The notes: generated from the sequence alone by a model not told the origin. Counted from the first letter of the stretch, positions 39,173 through 49,323 are shown. The stretch is 64,000 nt of DNA from Candidatus Latescibacterota bacterium (GCA_965206595.1 OZ242214.1:640001-704000); one strand, 5' to 3'. A program made the numbers and translations.

Positions 39173-39981
39173 TGCTCCCTGATGGTCCCGGCGATTCCCG
39201 TCGGAAAAGATACGTCGACCATAGCCCCGGACTGCTTGAGGTCGAGCAGTCCCAGGCGTTTTGCCGCCCAGGCCAGTTCAACAAGCTCATCGGCTCCTGC
39301 GTCCAGGACCGCGCACCAGGGCGTCTCGAACAGGAGGCGGCCTCGACGGCCCGACCCGAATCCGATCAGGAGCGCGTACACGGTGGCGGCGGGAGTCGCC
39401 TGCACGCGTTGCCTGGCCTTTCTGCTTCGGCCTTGCAGATGGCCGGATTGAGTCCAGGACGAGGAGGCGTTGCGCACGACCTTGTCGAGGATGTCCTCGT
39501 TCAAACGCTCCTCCGCGATTTCGGACAGGGAGTCCTTCATGGGTTGCCGGGCAAACTCGTGACCGTGCGGGGTGCGAAGCACGGCTTCCGCAGTGGCTCG
39601 AAGCAGCGGGTCGCGCGCCAGGGCAAGGAGAAGTGCCAGGAGAGGGCGGCTGGATTCGTGACGCGCCCACAAGTCCCTGAGGGCTCGGAACAGAAGCAGC
39701 CGCGGGTCGAGGCCGTAGAGTTCGCTGAGTCGCTGAAGCGAGAGCTTGCGCGTGGCCGATGTGCGCTTGCCCAGGCAGTTCTCCTCCATGATGGCGTGCG
39801 CATAGTCCCGGCGGGAGGCCTCGACCGGAGCCGCATCCAGCAGATCCGACAGCTCATCGAGCATGATCGTCCGGCTCGTATGGGTCCCCCGCTCACCGCT
39901 GCGGAATCCCCAGAGATCCGTCTGATCGGGTGGGAGCTTGGCGATATCACGCTCGAAATCGAGGTCCGAAATCGAATTCAT
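39169..39981 (-). CDS. brxA: BREX protein BrxA-like
   Basis: First gene of the operon and overlaps brxB. Motifs THTSRTIML, NCLGKRT...R, ARDPLL and SSWTQSGHL are typical of this BREX subfamily. Confidence 0.8.
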   Translation of the reverse strand: MNSISDLDFERDIAKLPPDQTDLWGFRSGERGTHTSRTIMLDELSDLLDAAPVEASRRDYAHAIMEENCLGKRTSATRKLSLQRLSELYGLDPRLLLFRALRDLWARHESSRPLLALLLALARDPLLRATAEAVLRTPHGHEFARQPMKDSLSEIAEERLNEDILDKVVRNASSSWTQSGHLQGRSRKARQRVQATPAATVYALLIGFGSGRRGRLLFETPWCAVLDAGADELVELAWAAKRLGLLDLKQSGAMVDVSFPTGIAGTIREH

Positions 39982-40173
39982 GGGTGGGAAGGTATCGTTT
40001 GATTTGAGGGCGTCAACTTTCGCCGGCTGGTTTGCCGGCGAGTTCGATGCGTGTAGTTCGGCCGCGAATCGACGGTAGTCGACTGCTTACGCGGAGGGAG
40101 TCGCGGTATCTTGCGAAATCCGGCCTGTTTATTGTATTAGAAGAGATGATGCAACAAGAAAGGAGACATTTTC

Positions 40174-40990
40174 ATGGCAAACCAAAAACATATCGAATGG
40201 CTCCTCGAGGGCGTTAATGCTTGGAACACGAGGCGCGCGAAGGAAGATTTTCAGCCGGATTTCGAGGAGGCGGATATTTCCGGGGAGTTCGGAAGAAGGG
40301 AAAAGCTCGGGGATGATGGACGAGTTTGTCTCCGGGGAATCAATCTCCGGGGTGCCGACCTTCGCAAAGCGGACCTTCACAGGGCGGACCTTCACAGGGC
40401 GGACCTTCACAGGGCGGACCTATGCAAAGCGGACCTTCACAGGGCGGACCTTCGCAAGGCCGACCTTTCTTTTGCGAATCTCACAAACGCCAACCTGACC
40501 GAAACAATCCTCATCGAAGCTGATCTCGTCTGGGCCAATCTATCGTATTCCCGGGTATGGAAAGCGAAGCTGTATGGATGAATCACAGAATGACGGAATA
40601 GATCAGGCTAACAGCGACAAGAAAATCAGAAGCATCGAGGACTTGCTGAATGAGTGCCGTAACCTCAAAAAACGCTGCTCTGATGATGTCCAGCTCTATT
40701 TCCGCGGACAACGCCGCGATTCGTGGGAGCTGCGTCCCTCCGTTATGCGGCGTTTCAGCTTTCGCGAAAATGAAAGCGAGATGCTGAACGAACTCATGAC
40801 ACGTCAGCCAGAGGCGTTCAGCGGTCTGACATCAGCTTTCTCACAGTGGGTACTTGCGCAGCATCACGGACTTAAAACGAGGCTTCTGGATATAACCCGT
40901 AATCCGTTGGTCGCTTTATTCAATGCCTGCGAAGATGATATTGACAAGGACGGCCGGTTGCATGTCTTCGCTGTTCCCCGGGCTCGATGA
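40174..40990 (+). pseudogene. Pentapeptide-repeat plus FRG-domain protein, split at about 40575 and 3'-truncated
   Basis: ORF 40174-40581 carries A(D/N)Lxx repeats. The overlapping ORF 40574-40990 has the FRG motifs YFRGQ, L.PSVMR and AQHHGLKTRLLDIT.NPLVALF.A and ends abruptly at FAVPRAR*. Confidence 0.75.
40354..40473 (+). repeat. 15-bp tandem repeat (8 units, consensus GCGGACCTTCACAGG) encoding ADLHR/ADLRK pentapeptides
   Basis: Read directly from the sequence; four units are exact copies. Confidence 0.95.
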
Positions 40991-41018
40991 AGCCGCCTCG
41001 GCAATCACACAGCTATTC

Positions 41019-42104
41019 ATGAAACCGGAAAAACCCCATACCGTAGCCACCGACCCGGGCATCGCCTGGATCAAGGACGAGGCCATCGCCATCGACGCCC
41101 CTCCGGACGACGACAGCGATCCCGCTCCCGAGACGCGCTGGTCCTCCGCAGCCGTCCGCACCGGGTTGTGCGGCGCCGTGTCGCCCAACGTCGTCCCCCT
41201 ACCCGGGGGCGGCTACCGCATGTACTACACCCAGATGACCCCGCGGCCCGGGCACCCGGCCGGCGCCAACGACTACGACAACTGCACGGCGCGTATCCTC
41301 AGCGCCGTCTCCGCGGACGGGTCTTCCTGGACGCCGGAACCGGGGGTGCGCCTGTCCCCGGGGGAGGGCGGGGCAGGGGAGTTCCGCGTGGTCAGCTCGG
41401 ACGTCGTTCCGATCCCCGGGGGCGGCGGCAGGCTGCGGATGTATTTCGAGTGTTGTCCGGGGACCCAGGGAGGGGGTAGCACCATTCGCAGCGCCGTCTC
41501 CGACGACGGCGAACCCGAGGGGTTCGCCTTGGGAACGGCGAAGCCGTTGCCCCGAGACGCTCAAAGAGCGTTCGGCCTCGACTGGAAGCTGGAGCCCGGG
41601 GAGCGCCTGGAGTCGGGAAGCTACAACGCCCCCCGCCTGCTCCACCTCGACGACGGCACCTGCCGGCTCTACTGCAGCGACCGCTCAGGCGGCATCGCCA
41701 GCGCCCTCTCCGGCGACGGCGGCCTCACCTTCCGCATGGAACCGGGCAAGCGGATTGAGCAGGAGCTGCCGTACGAAGCGGCCACCGCGTTCGCCCCGGA
41801 GGTTCTGCGCATCGAGAGCGGGGGCTACCGCATGTACTACGCCGGGTACAGCGACCGGACCAGGGCCTACGTCCTGACCGCGGCGTCGGAAGACGGCCTG
41901 GAATGGACCAAGGAGCCGGAGCCGGTCGTCGCGCCGGGCAGCCCGCTTGACCGGGCCAAGTGCTCGGAGATGTGCGTCGTTCAGCTGCCGGGGGTTGCCG
42001 GCGAGCCACCGCGCTACCGCCTGTTCTACGAGGCCTGCGACGGCACCGCCCCCGGGGAACGGGGCGTCTGGCGCATCCTCAGCGCCACTTCCACAACTGC
42101 CTGA
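41019..42104 (+). CDS. Five-bladed beta-propeller glycoside hydrolase-like protein
   Basis: Repeated YRMYY...SA.S.DG..W..EPG blades. Confidence 0.8.
   Translation: MKPEKPHTVATDPGIAWIKDEAIAIDAPPDDDSDPAPETRWSSAAVRTGLCGAVSPNVVPLPGGGYRMYYTQMTPRPGHPAGANDYDNCTARILSAVSADGSSWTPEPGVRLSPGEGGAGEFRVVSSDVVPIPGGGGRLRMYFECCPGTQGGGSTIRSAVSDDGEPEGFALGTAKPLPRDAQRAFGLDWKLEPGERLESGSYNAPRLLHLDDGTCRLYCSDRSGGIASALSGDGGLTFRMEPGKRIEQELPYEAATAFAPEVLRIESGGYRMYYAGYSDRTRAYVLTAASEDGLEWTKEPEPVVAPGSPLDRAKCSEMCVVQLPGVAGEPPRYRLFYEACDGTAPGERGVWRILSATSTTA
41511..41576. repeat. 66-bp in-frame palindromic insertion (three hairpins)
   Basis: Hairpins GGCGAACCC-GAG-GGGTTCGCC, AACGGC-GAA-GCCGTT and ACGCTC-AAA-GAGCGT, flanked by a CGGC direct repeat. 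Interrupts the SDDG|LDW motif. Confidence 0.75.
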
Positions 42105-42117
42105 GGACCCGCCTGAC

Positions 42118-43218
42118 TCACGACCACGCCTCGCGAAAGAAGCGCAGCGCGTTCCCGTGCAGGATGCCGGCGATCTCCGCGCCCCCGATCCCGGCCTCGC
42201 CCAGCACCTCGGCAAACCCCTGCAGGTCGGCGATGGTGTCGACGCCGATCGGGGTCAGCTCGGCGCCGAAGCCCCCGTCCATGTCGGTGCCGATGGCGAC
42301 GTTGGCGAGCGAGCCCCCGGCCAGCTCCGAAATCCTCTCGATATGGGGCAGCAACCCCTCCATCCCGTATTCAGCCTCCCGCGGCACCTCGAACAGTTCC
42401 TCGGTCCATTCGAACTCCGGGTTCATGAAGTACTGGCAGAACACCAGCCCGATGATCCCCCCGCGCCTGGCGAGCTCGGCGATCATGTCGTCGGTGAGGT
42501 GCCGCTGACCGGGGACGACGGCGCGGCTGACGCAGTGCGATGCCATCACCGGGCCGTCCCAGAGGTCGAACGACTCCCACACCGCCCGGTCGGCCATGTG
42601 GGTGATGTCGAGGATGATCCCCGCCTCGCGCATCGCCCGGAAAAGCTCCTTCGCCGGCGGCTTCAGCCCCCCTTCGGTGAAGGTGCCGTGGATGTAGGTG
42701 TTGTGCCCGAAGTGGGCGGGGCCGACGACGCGCAGCCCGGCGTCCCACCAGAAGCCGACGTCCTCCGGGCCGGCGATCGGGTCGGCGCTCTCCATCGACA
42801 GGATGTGATACACCGGGGTGTTGGGCGCCGGGTTTTTCCAAGCCTCCACCGCGGCTTCGAGATCGCCGAGCGAGGTCACCGGGGCGATCTCCCCGCGGCG
42901 CGCCATGGCCCGGTAGTACTCGAGATGGCCGCGGCCCATGGCGATCGCCTGCTCCTGGGTGCGCATGCCGTCGCGGCGCTTGCGGTAGCGCGGCTCGGTG
43001 CGCGACATGACGGTGCTGAGCATGATGCCGACCGAGCCCCGCCGCATCTCGGGGAAGGTCACCGTGCAGGAACCGGTGTCGTAGTCGTCGGCGACCTGCG
43101 GGATCTCGTTCCTCTCCTGCTCGCGGACCTCGTGCGCCGTCAGGGTCAGGTCGCGGTTCCAGTAGAGGGCGTCCCACGCCAGGTCGAGATGCAGGTCGAT
43201 GATCAGTGGTTGTGACAT
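42118..43218 (-). CDS. Membrane dipeptidase (peptidase M19 family)
   Basis: Motifs IDLHLD, LSMESAD, LDITH, ASH, RHLTD and IGTDMDG. Confidence 0.9.
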   Translation of the reverse strand: MSQPLIIDLHLDLAWDALYWNRDLTLTAHEVREQERNEIPQVADDYDTGSCTVTFPEMRRGSVGIMLSTVMSRTEPRYRKRRDGMRTQEQAIAMGRGHLEYYRAMARRGEIAPVTSLGDLEAAVEAWKNPAPNTPVYHILSMESADPIAGPEDVGFWWDAGLRVVGPAHFGHNTYIHGTFTEGGLKPPAKELFRAMREAGIILDITHMADRAVWESFDLWDGPVMASHCVSRAVVPGQRHLTDDMIAELARRGGIIGLVFCQYFMNPEFEWTEELFEVPREAEYGMEGLLPHIERISELAGGSLANVAIGTDMDGGFGAELTPIGVDTIADLQGFAEVLGEAGIGGAEIAGILHGNALRFFREAWS

Positions 43219-43358
43219 GCGCTGGCCTCCGTTAGTATGTGCGCTCCGTCAGTTGGAGCCGGCAATATATGAAGTCCCGCGGGCCGGGCGCTTCTTCCGC
43301 TCGAGCCGCCTTTTCCTTCCGACAGGAACCTCGCAATCCGCAGCGGAAAACTCCCCCC

Positions 43359-43667
43359 GTGAACCCAAAGTACCAGATCGTCATCTACTGGAGCGACAAC
43401 GACGGCAGCTTCGTCGCCGAGGTGCCGGAGCTCGACGGCCTCGATGTCCTCGGGGAGAGCTACGAGGAGGCCCTGGCAAAAGCCAGGACCGCGATGGCGG
43501 AATGGATCGACAGTGCCCGCGCCGACGGCGAGGAAATTCCCGAGCCGCTGGGCCGCGTCGAGGTCGCTCCGAAGACCGGCCGCGGCGGCAGGCGGCAGGA
43601 GCGCATCGACAAGCGCCGCCGCCGAAGGGAGAAGGGGCGCCGGGAGCGGCGCGACGCCGGGGAGTAG
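43359..43667 (+). CDS. HicB-family antitoxin-like protein with Arg-rich tail (no hicA partner)
   Basis: Pattern KYQIVIYWS..D..FVAEVPEL.G....G..YEEAL.....A...WI..A...G..IPEP. Confidence 0.8.
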   Translation: MNPKYQIVIYWSDNDGSFVAEVPELDGLDVLGESYEEALAKARTAMAEWIDSARADGEEIPEPLGRVEVAPKTGRGGRRQERIDKRRRRREKGRRERRDAGE

Positions 43668-43784
43668 TGCCTGCCCGCGCAGGCATCAGGTTGAATGCTG
43701 CTCTGCCCCGGGCCTCGCGGCTTTGCCGCGGTATCGCTGCCGAGGGCAAATGAATTCCCATGCCAATTACCGAAGGAGACCGCC

Positions 43785-44699
43785 ATGGCCAGCAGGCCGA
43801 TCCAGATACTCATCGTAGCCGCCCACCCGGCCGACAGCTTCGACCAGGCCGGGGGCACCGCCGCCCACCACGTCGCCCAGGGAGACAGGGTGACCGCCCT
43901 GGTCGCCACCACAGGGGTGCGCTCCCACCACTGGCAGCTCGCGGAGGAGAAACGCCGGAGGGGGAGCGACCTTAATATGGAGGAGCGCGTCCAGGCCGCT
44001 GTCGAGGAGAAGCTCGAGGAGACGCGCCGCGCCTGCCGCATCCTCGGGTTTGACGACCTGCGCGACCTCGGCTTCGAGGACGACGACATCCTCGTCACCC
44101 AGGACAAGGTCGAGGCGATCGCTTCGGCGATCCGCGAGATAAGGCCGGACGTCGTCATCACCCACCACCCGTACGAGACCGCCGGCCTCAAGATGCACGG
44201 CACCATCGGCCAGTGCACGGTCTACGCCTCGCAGCTGGCCAGCGGCACCGGCCGCGGCACCGAGCAGCGGCACGTGGTCCCGGCCATCTACTTCATGAAC
44301 CCGATCGCCTACGTCGGCAGCAACAGCCTCGAGTACGCAAGCACCTGCCGCGTCGACCTCTACGTCGACATCAGCGACGTCATCGAGCGCAAGGTCCGGG
44401 CCCTCGACCAGATCGGCAGCCAGTACTACGGCGGCCCGTACGCGCGCAAGCGCTCCGAGACCTCGGACGGGGCCTACGGGCAGAAGGCGTCGGTCGCCTA
44501 CGCCGAGCCGTTCCAGCGCTACACGCCGATGGTCCGCTACACCCTGCCGGTGACCGACGCCGAGCTCACCGCCAACGACACCGCCCCCGGGGAGACGATG
44601 GGCCGCCGCAGCGAAATCGTCGGCGGGCTGATGCCCCTGGAAGGCGGCGATGCGTACACCTCGGTGCACCGCTTTGCCAAAGAGCAGTACGATGACTGA
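43785..44699 (+). CDS. PIG-L/LmbE family deacetylase-like protein
   Basis: Motifs AAHPAD, GGT, E.R.AC.ILG, IRPDVVITH, VDIS...K and AEPF, with an AAGGAG RBS. Confidence 0.88.
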   Translation: MASRPIQILIVAAHPADSFDQAGGTAAHHVAQGDRVTALVATTGVRSHHWQLAEEKRRRGSDLNMEERVQAAVEEKLEETRRACRILGFDDLRDLGFEDDDILVTQDKVEAIASAIREIRPDVVITHHPYETAGLKMHGTIGQCTVYASQLASGTGRGTEQRHVVPAIYFMNPIAYVGSNSLEYASTCRVDLYVDISDVIERKVRALDQIGSQYYGGPYARKRSETSDGAYGQKASVAYAEPFQRYTPMVRYTLPVTDAELTANDTAPGETMGRRSEIVGGLMPLEGGDAYTSVHRFAKEQYDD

Positions 44700-46131
44700 C
44701 ACGCCATCGTCGTCCCTGCACTTCTTCGACGATTGGCGGCTGCGGCTGCGCGAGGGTTTCGACCGCGAGCAGGGGAGCCCCGAGCCGCTGCGCGAGATCC
44801 CGCTGGGCACCCGCCCGGAGCTCAAGATTCTGCGCGGCCTGGTCGGCACCCGGTACGATGAGCGCCGCGAGTGCTGGTTCAGTATCGTCGACTGCCACCC
44901 GGCCGACGGCAGCCCGCGGTTCGCGCTGCGCATGGAAACCGACGACCCCTGCCATTGGGAAGCGCCGAGGTGGTCCGAGGGCGGCGACCCGATCTGGCGG
45001 CGCACCGACAGCCTCATGGTAGATCAGTACGACGAACCGATAGCCTGCTTCAACATCCTGCCGCTGGCCGGCACCCCGCACGAAGAGCGCGGCTATTTCA
45101 TGAACATGTACCGCTACATCGCCGCCGACGGCACCCGAACTCCGGGCGCGGTCGCCTTCTCGCAGGATGGGTTTCGATTCGAAGTCGACGTGAACACCCG
45201 GTGGATCGACTACCTGAGCGACACGGGAAATCCGACGATCTACGACCCCGTCATCGGCCAGTACCGCATCTACTGCCGGCCCCATTTCGTCGATCGGCGC
45301 GCCGCCATGCTGCTTTCACCGGACCTGAACAGCTTTGGCGAGCCGACCGTCATCCTGCAGCCGGACGCATTGGACCCGCCCAACCGCGAGTTCTACGGCA
45401 TCGAGCCGATACCGCTGGACGACATGTACGTCGCCCACCTGGCTGTTTACGATACCGAGCCTTCCGAAATCGAGTCGCCGGGCAAGATGCAGGGCACCAC
45501 CCAGACCGAGCTCGCCTACAGTTACAACGGCCAGAACTGGTACCGCGCCCGCCGCGAGCCGTTCCTGGCGCGCACCGGGGCGGGCAGCTTCTTCGGAGGC
45601 TCGGTCTATCCCTCCGCGCCGATGCGCACGGCAGACGACCGCCTGCTTTTTCACTGTATGGGTCAGGGCGTCGAACACGGCGCCCACGACGAAGAGATCC
45701 CGGAAGAGCGCCGCACCGAAGCGACTGCCTGGAAGACGTTTCAGTACGAAATGCGCCTCGACGGCTGGAACTACCTGAGGACGCGGGCGAGGTACGGACG
45801 CATTCAAACGAAGGCCTTGATACCCGCGGGCGGCCGGTTGATCGCCAATGTCCGCACCGCGCCAACCGGCGAGGCAAGGGCCGCGTTGCTCGACTACCGG
45901 ACGCTGGAGCCGCTGCCCCACTATACCCTGGACGAATGCGTGCCGATCAACGGCGACGCGGTGGCCGGGGTGGTGCGCTGGCAGGAGCGGGAGGATCTGG
46001 AGGAGCTGAAGGGCCGGCCCGTAATACTGGAGGTGAAAGTTCGCGAGGGGGAGCTGTACTCGCTCCGCTTCGACTACCGCATGGCGGAGTTCACGTATAC
46101 AGCTGAAGGGCCGGCGCTGCTGGAGAAATAG
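44692..46131 (+). CDS. Hypothetical beta-propeller glycosidase-like protein
   Basis: FFDDW N-terminus, FSQDG and YSYNG..W blades, MRLDGW and a C-terminal LYSLRF beta-sandwich. Overlaps the upstream gene. Confidence 0.75.
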   Translation: MTDTPSSSLHFFDDWRLRLREGFDREQGSPEPLREIPLGTRPELKILRGLVGTRYDERRECWFSIVDCHPADGSPRFALRMETDDPCHWEAPRWSEGGDPIWRRTDSLMVDQYDEPIACFNILPLAGTPHEERGYFMNMYRYIAADGTRTPGAVAFSQDGFRFEVDVNTRWIDYLSDTGNPTIYDPVIGQYRIYCRPHFVDRRAAMLLSPDLNSFGEPTVILQPDALDPPNREFYGIEPIPLDDMYVAHLAVYDTEPSEIESPGKMQGTTQTELAYSYNGQNWYRARREPFLARTGAGSFFGGSVYPSAPMRTADDRLLFHCMGQGVEHGAHDEEIPEERRTEATAWKTFQYEMRLDGWNYLRTRARYGRIQTKALIPAGGRLIANVRTAPTGEARAALLDYRTLEPLPHYTLDECVPINGDAVAGVVRWQEREDLEELKGRPVILEVKVREGELYSLRFDYRMAEFTYTAEGPALLEK

Positions 46132-46500
46132 CAGCGCCGGGGCAGAGCAATTCCTGGTGCTGGGCGGGCCTGGGTTGCCTGCTTGCAAAGCAAGGACGGA
46201 AAAACTCCACGCCCCTGTCCGCAGAGCGGCTTTGGCGCCGCGCGACTTCGCGCCACGACCGCATCGAGGCCCTCGGCCGCCCCGGCGCCGCGGCCCGGCG
46301 AACCACCGGAGGCCGTAGCGCGGTCGCGGCAGCTGCCCGCGGAGCCCGTGCGTCGCGATGGCCGGGCGGAGATTCCGTCCGGGACGGTGCCGCGGGTGCG
46401 GCAGGGTGAGGCCCGGCTTCGCGCATAGCGAGAGCCCCTCGCCGCGGTTGCCCGGCCTCTCTTCGAACTGACTTCACCGGCGGCTGATTGACAGCGCCGT

Positions 46501-47307
46501 CTATGCGATCAGCCCCTTGAGATATCGAACCGCGTCCGCGGTGCTCTGCGGCCCCAGGTGCTCGGGGACGATCACCCCTTCGTACTGGTTGTCCTGCAGA
46601 GCGCGCATGCAGCGGGCCATGTCGACGTCGCCGCTTTCCAGCGGCACCTCGTCGTGGTCCATCAGCGCCGGACCCGTCCTGACCTGGTTGCGGGCGTGGG
46701 CGAAGAAGATCCGGTCCATACCCCAGGTCTCGGCCGGGGTGTGTGGCTCCTCGCCGATCAGCCACATCCCCTGGCAGTAGGTAACCCCGTTGTTGGGACT
46801 GGGCGCCGCCTCCCAGATCGAGTGCACGACGTCGACCGCCCACAGGTGATTCCCCAGCCTGAGGCCGGCCTCGTCCGCGGCGGCGACCACCTCTTTGAAG
46901 AAGTCGATCACGGCCCCCCAGTCCTCGTCTCCCGGCATCACCATCAGGGGCCGGCCCTCGTGGTATTCGTGGAAGTGGAGGAACCGGTCCAGCGGATAGA
47001 AGAGGGAGGCGTCGATGCTGGCCCGCCCCGCGGCGCGGATGGTTTCGCAGAGAGCCTTGCGCTCCTCGGGGGCGGTCCCCAGCACCACCTCCTGCGAGGG
47101 GGGCGCCAGTATCACCCCGGAGACGAGGACGTCCCTCGCCCGCAGCTCATCGATGACCCGGGTGAACTCCCCGGCCGTTGCATGGCCGCGCTCGTCGAAC
47201 CCCGGGACCGAGTTGGCGCTGAGGAATATCTCGTCGACGCCGCAGGCGCGGCACTCCGCCGCGACCTGGTCGGCGCTGCTGTAACCCATGTGAATCCCGA
47301 CCCTCAT
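46501..47307 (-). CDS. Sugar phosphate isomerase/epimerase, UxuA-like TIM-barrel protein
   Basis: Motifs GVTYCQG, IFFAHARN, E.....GDVDM and IVPEH. Confidence 0.8.
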   Translation of the reverse strand: MRVGIHMGYSSADQVAAECRACGVDEIFLSANSVPGFDERGHATAGEFTRVIDELRARDVLVSGVILAPPSQEVVLGTAPEERKALCETIRAAGRASIDASLFYPLDRFLHFHEYHEGRPLMVMPGDEDWGAVIDFFKEVVAAADEAGLRLGNHLWAVDVVHSIWEAAPSPNNGVTYCQGMWLIGEEPHTPAETWGMDRIFFAHARNQVRTGPALMDHDEVPLESGDVDMARCMRALQDNQYEGVIVPEHLGPQSTADAVRYLKGLIA

Positions 47308-47383
47308 CGATCATTCTCCTTCCGCGCCGGTCCGGCCGGCGTGGTATTCATTGTGATACGGGAAAGAGGTGTTTTGTCCAGGC

Positions 47384-47975
47384 TTATCGGTTCTTCAGAT
47401 CTCCCCAGGACACCGACTTTACCGGCGTCGGGATCACTCGCTTATAGACATCGCCGCCCAGAGTGAGAACTTCGTCTTCGATGCTCCAGTAAACAAAAGT
47501 TTCTTCCCCGAATTGAAAGGTTTCCCTTGCCGAAAACAAAGACTTCAGAAGCCCTCTGTAGGCGTCTACCAGGAAGTCTGTGTCATCTGATCCCTCCTGG
47601 CGGTTCTCGATAGCCGGAGCCGCAATTTCCATAATGTCGTTAACCAGCTCTTCCCACCCTGCTACTTCGGCGGCTTGATAGACAGACAGTCAAAAATCTG
47701 CTGCCTCTTGATTCCCAGGTCCCTGAAAGAGACACGTATACAATTCGCCCCTGTATAAGAGCCGCAAGGGCTTCCTTTATATCGGGGTCATCTTCGAATC
47801 CCAATTCTGAGGGAACCAGGATAGTCTCAACATCAATGCTGGTTTCCCGCGCAAGAGTCCCGTTATCTCGGATAGTCATAGAGTCAGTGCCGCCCTCAAG
47901 CATCCAGGCGCCGATCAGGGATTCATCGGCGGAGGCCAGAGAAGCGAGAAGCAGGATACCCGCATGTAATCGCAT
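47384..47975 (-). pseudogene. Secreted hypothetical protein split by a 4-bp duplication
   Basis: Signal peptide MRLHAGILLLASLASA-DESLIGAW. Removing the duplicated TGTC at about 47681-47690 joins it to VYQAAEV...MEIAAP...KSVSWGDLK*. Confidence 0.65.
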
Positions 47976-48089
47976 GTTGTTTCCTCCCTTGCAGAAGTTC
48001 AGCAACGTCGTAATCGACACCGTTGTTTATGAATGGAAGGCCGGTAACCGCCGGTCCCGGCCCCGGGGCGATTCCCCGGCCGGCCCTGC

Positions 48090-49049
48090 TTACGTCTCCT
48101 TGGAAACCGCCTGGATCAGGGCGATGATGTACCCGAACTGGAACGCCCACCCCTGCCGCACGCGGCCTGAAACACCTTCCGGCGCGACGTCGTCCGGGTG
48201 CACGGGGGAGTGGTCGGGCATCAGCATGTACGGGTATCCCGTCCTGTGGAAGATCCTCGCCAGCTCGTGCATGTCGACGTCCCCTTCGTCCGGCCAGACC
48301 TCGACGAAGTCGCCGAGACCGCCGCGGATGTTACGGAAGTGGACGTTGAAGATCTTCCTTTTCGAGGAGAAGTACTCGACGATCGGCGGCAGCTCCTTCC
48401 CCGGGTCATCGAGACCTTCCGAGGCGACCCCGCAGCAGAAGTTGAATCCGTGGTACGGGCTGTCGACCAGCTCGCTGAAGCGCTTGAGGCCCTCGAAGAC
48501 CGGGTAGTTCCAGCGCTCCTCCCCGCGCAGCACCGGCGCCGGCGGGTCGGGAAGGTGGCAGGCCATCTGGACCCCGTACTCCTCGGCGACCGGAATCACC
48601 CCTTCCAGGAAGTACTGGATGCGGGCGAAGATTTCGTCGAGGTCGACGCGCCCGGCCTCGTGCGGCTCGTCGTTGTCGTACTTCGAGAACTCGAACGAGC
48701 TGTACCCCGACCCCCCGCGGCCGTAGCGCATCTCCGTCCTCTGGTACCCGACCGGGGTGAAGTTGTAGTTGAGGCCGCGCAGCCCGGCCTTTCCCGCGTT
48801 GGCGATCCAGCCGCGGATGGCGTCGATGTCGCGGTCCCGCTGCGGGTCGCGGGCAAACGGGATGCTTTCCGGCATCGGGATGTGGATCATCTCGAGCTCC
48901 ACCCCCTCGGCCGCGGCCTCCTCCCGCCGCCTGACGATCTCGTCGAGGTCGTCGGGATCGATCGAGGTGTCCATGTGGGTGACGCCGTGACGCCTGAGGA
49001 ACTCCAGCTCCTTCTTCGATGTCCCTATGCCCTGCACTCCTACGTACAT
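48090..49049 (-). CDS. uxuA: Mannonate dehydratase family protein (UxuA-like)
   Basis: Motifs RDRDID, YNF, PVAEEYGVQMACHLPDPP, FCCG, VHFRN, DEGDVDM and MPDH.P. Confidence 0.8.
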   Translation of the reverse strand: MYVGVQGIGTSKKELEFLRRHGVTHMDTSIDPDDLDEIVRRREEAAAEGVELEMIHIPMPESIPFARDPQRDRDIDAIRGWIANAGKAGLRGLNYNFTPVGYQRTEMRYGRGGSGYSSFEFSKYDNDEPHEAGRVDLDEIFARIQYFLEGVIPVAEEYGVQMACHLPDPPAPVLRGEERWNYPVFEGLKRFSELVDSPYHGFNFCCGVASEGLDDPGKELPPIVEYFSSKRKIFNVHFRNIRGGLGDFVEVWPDEGDVDMHELARIFHRTGYPYMLMPDHSPVHPDDVAPEGVSGRVRQGWAFQFGYIIALIQAVSKET

Positions 49050-49323
49050 GCCTGTTGTTCCCTTTCTATCTGAATGTGGTGTCGTGGCAAAGTTCCGATT
49101 TCAAGAGATGGTGCCGCCCGTCATGGCGAGAGGCTCGCCTTGATCAGCCCCCACGAGTCAGGTGCGGCCGCGGTGCCGCCATTGTCGCTGCCGTCCGCCG
49201 GAATCAGGATGCCATGGAGACCCGAAAATGCCACGAATGTCGTTCCGGGGAAATCCGAACTGCGCCCCCCGTCCATTACCTCGGGTGAAAGAACGGCCTG
49301 GTTCTCCTGGTGATCGAATCCCA

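Noticed and set aside
40354-40473. Possible CRISPR array
   Set aside because: The 15-bp units are contiguous with no spacers and encode pentapeptide repeats; no cas genes are present.
46131-46500. GC-rich intergenic stretch as an ncRNA or mobile element
   Set aside because: It shows only weak hairpins between convergent genes, with no terminal repeats or second copy in the window.
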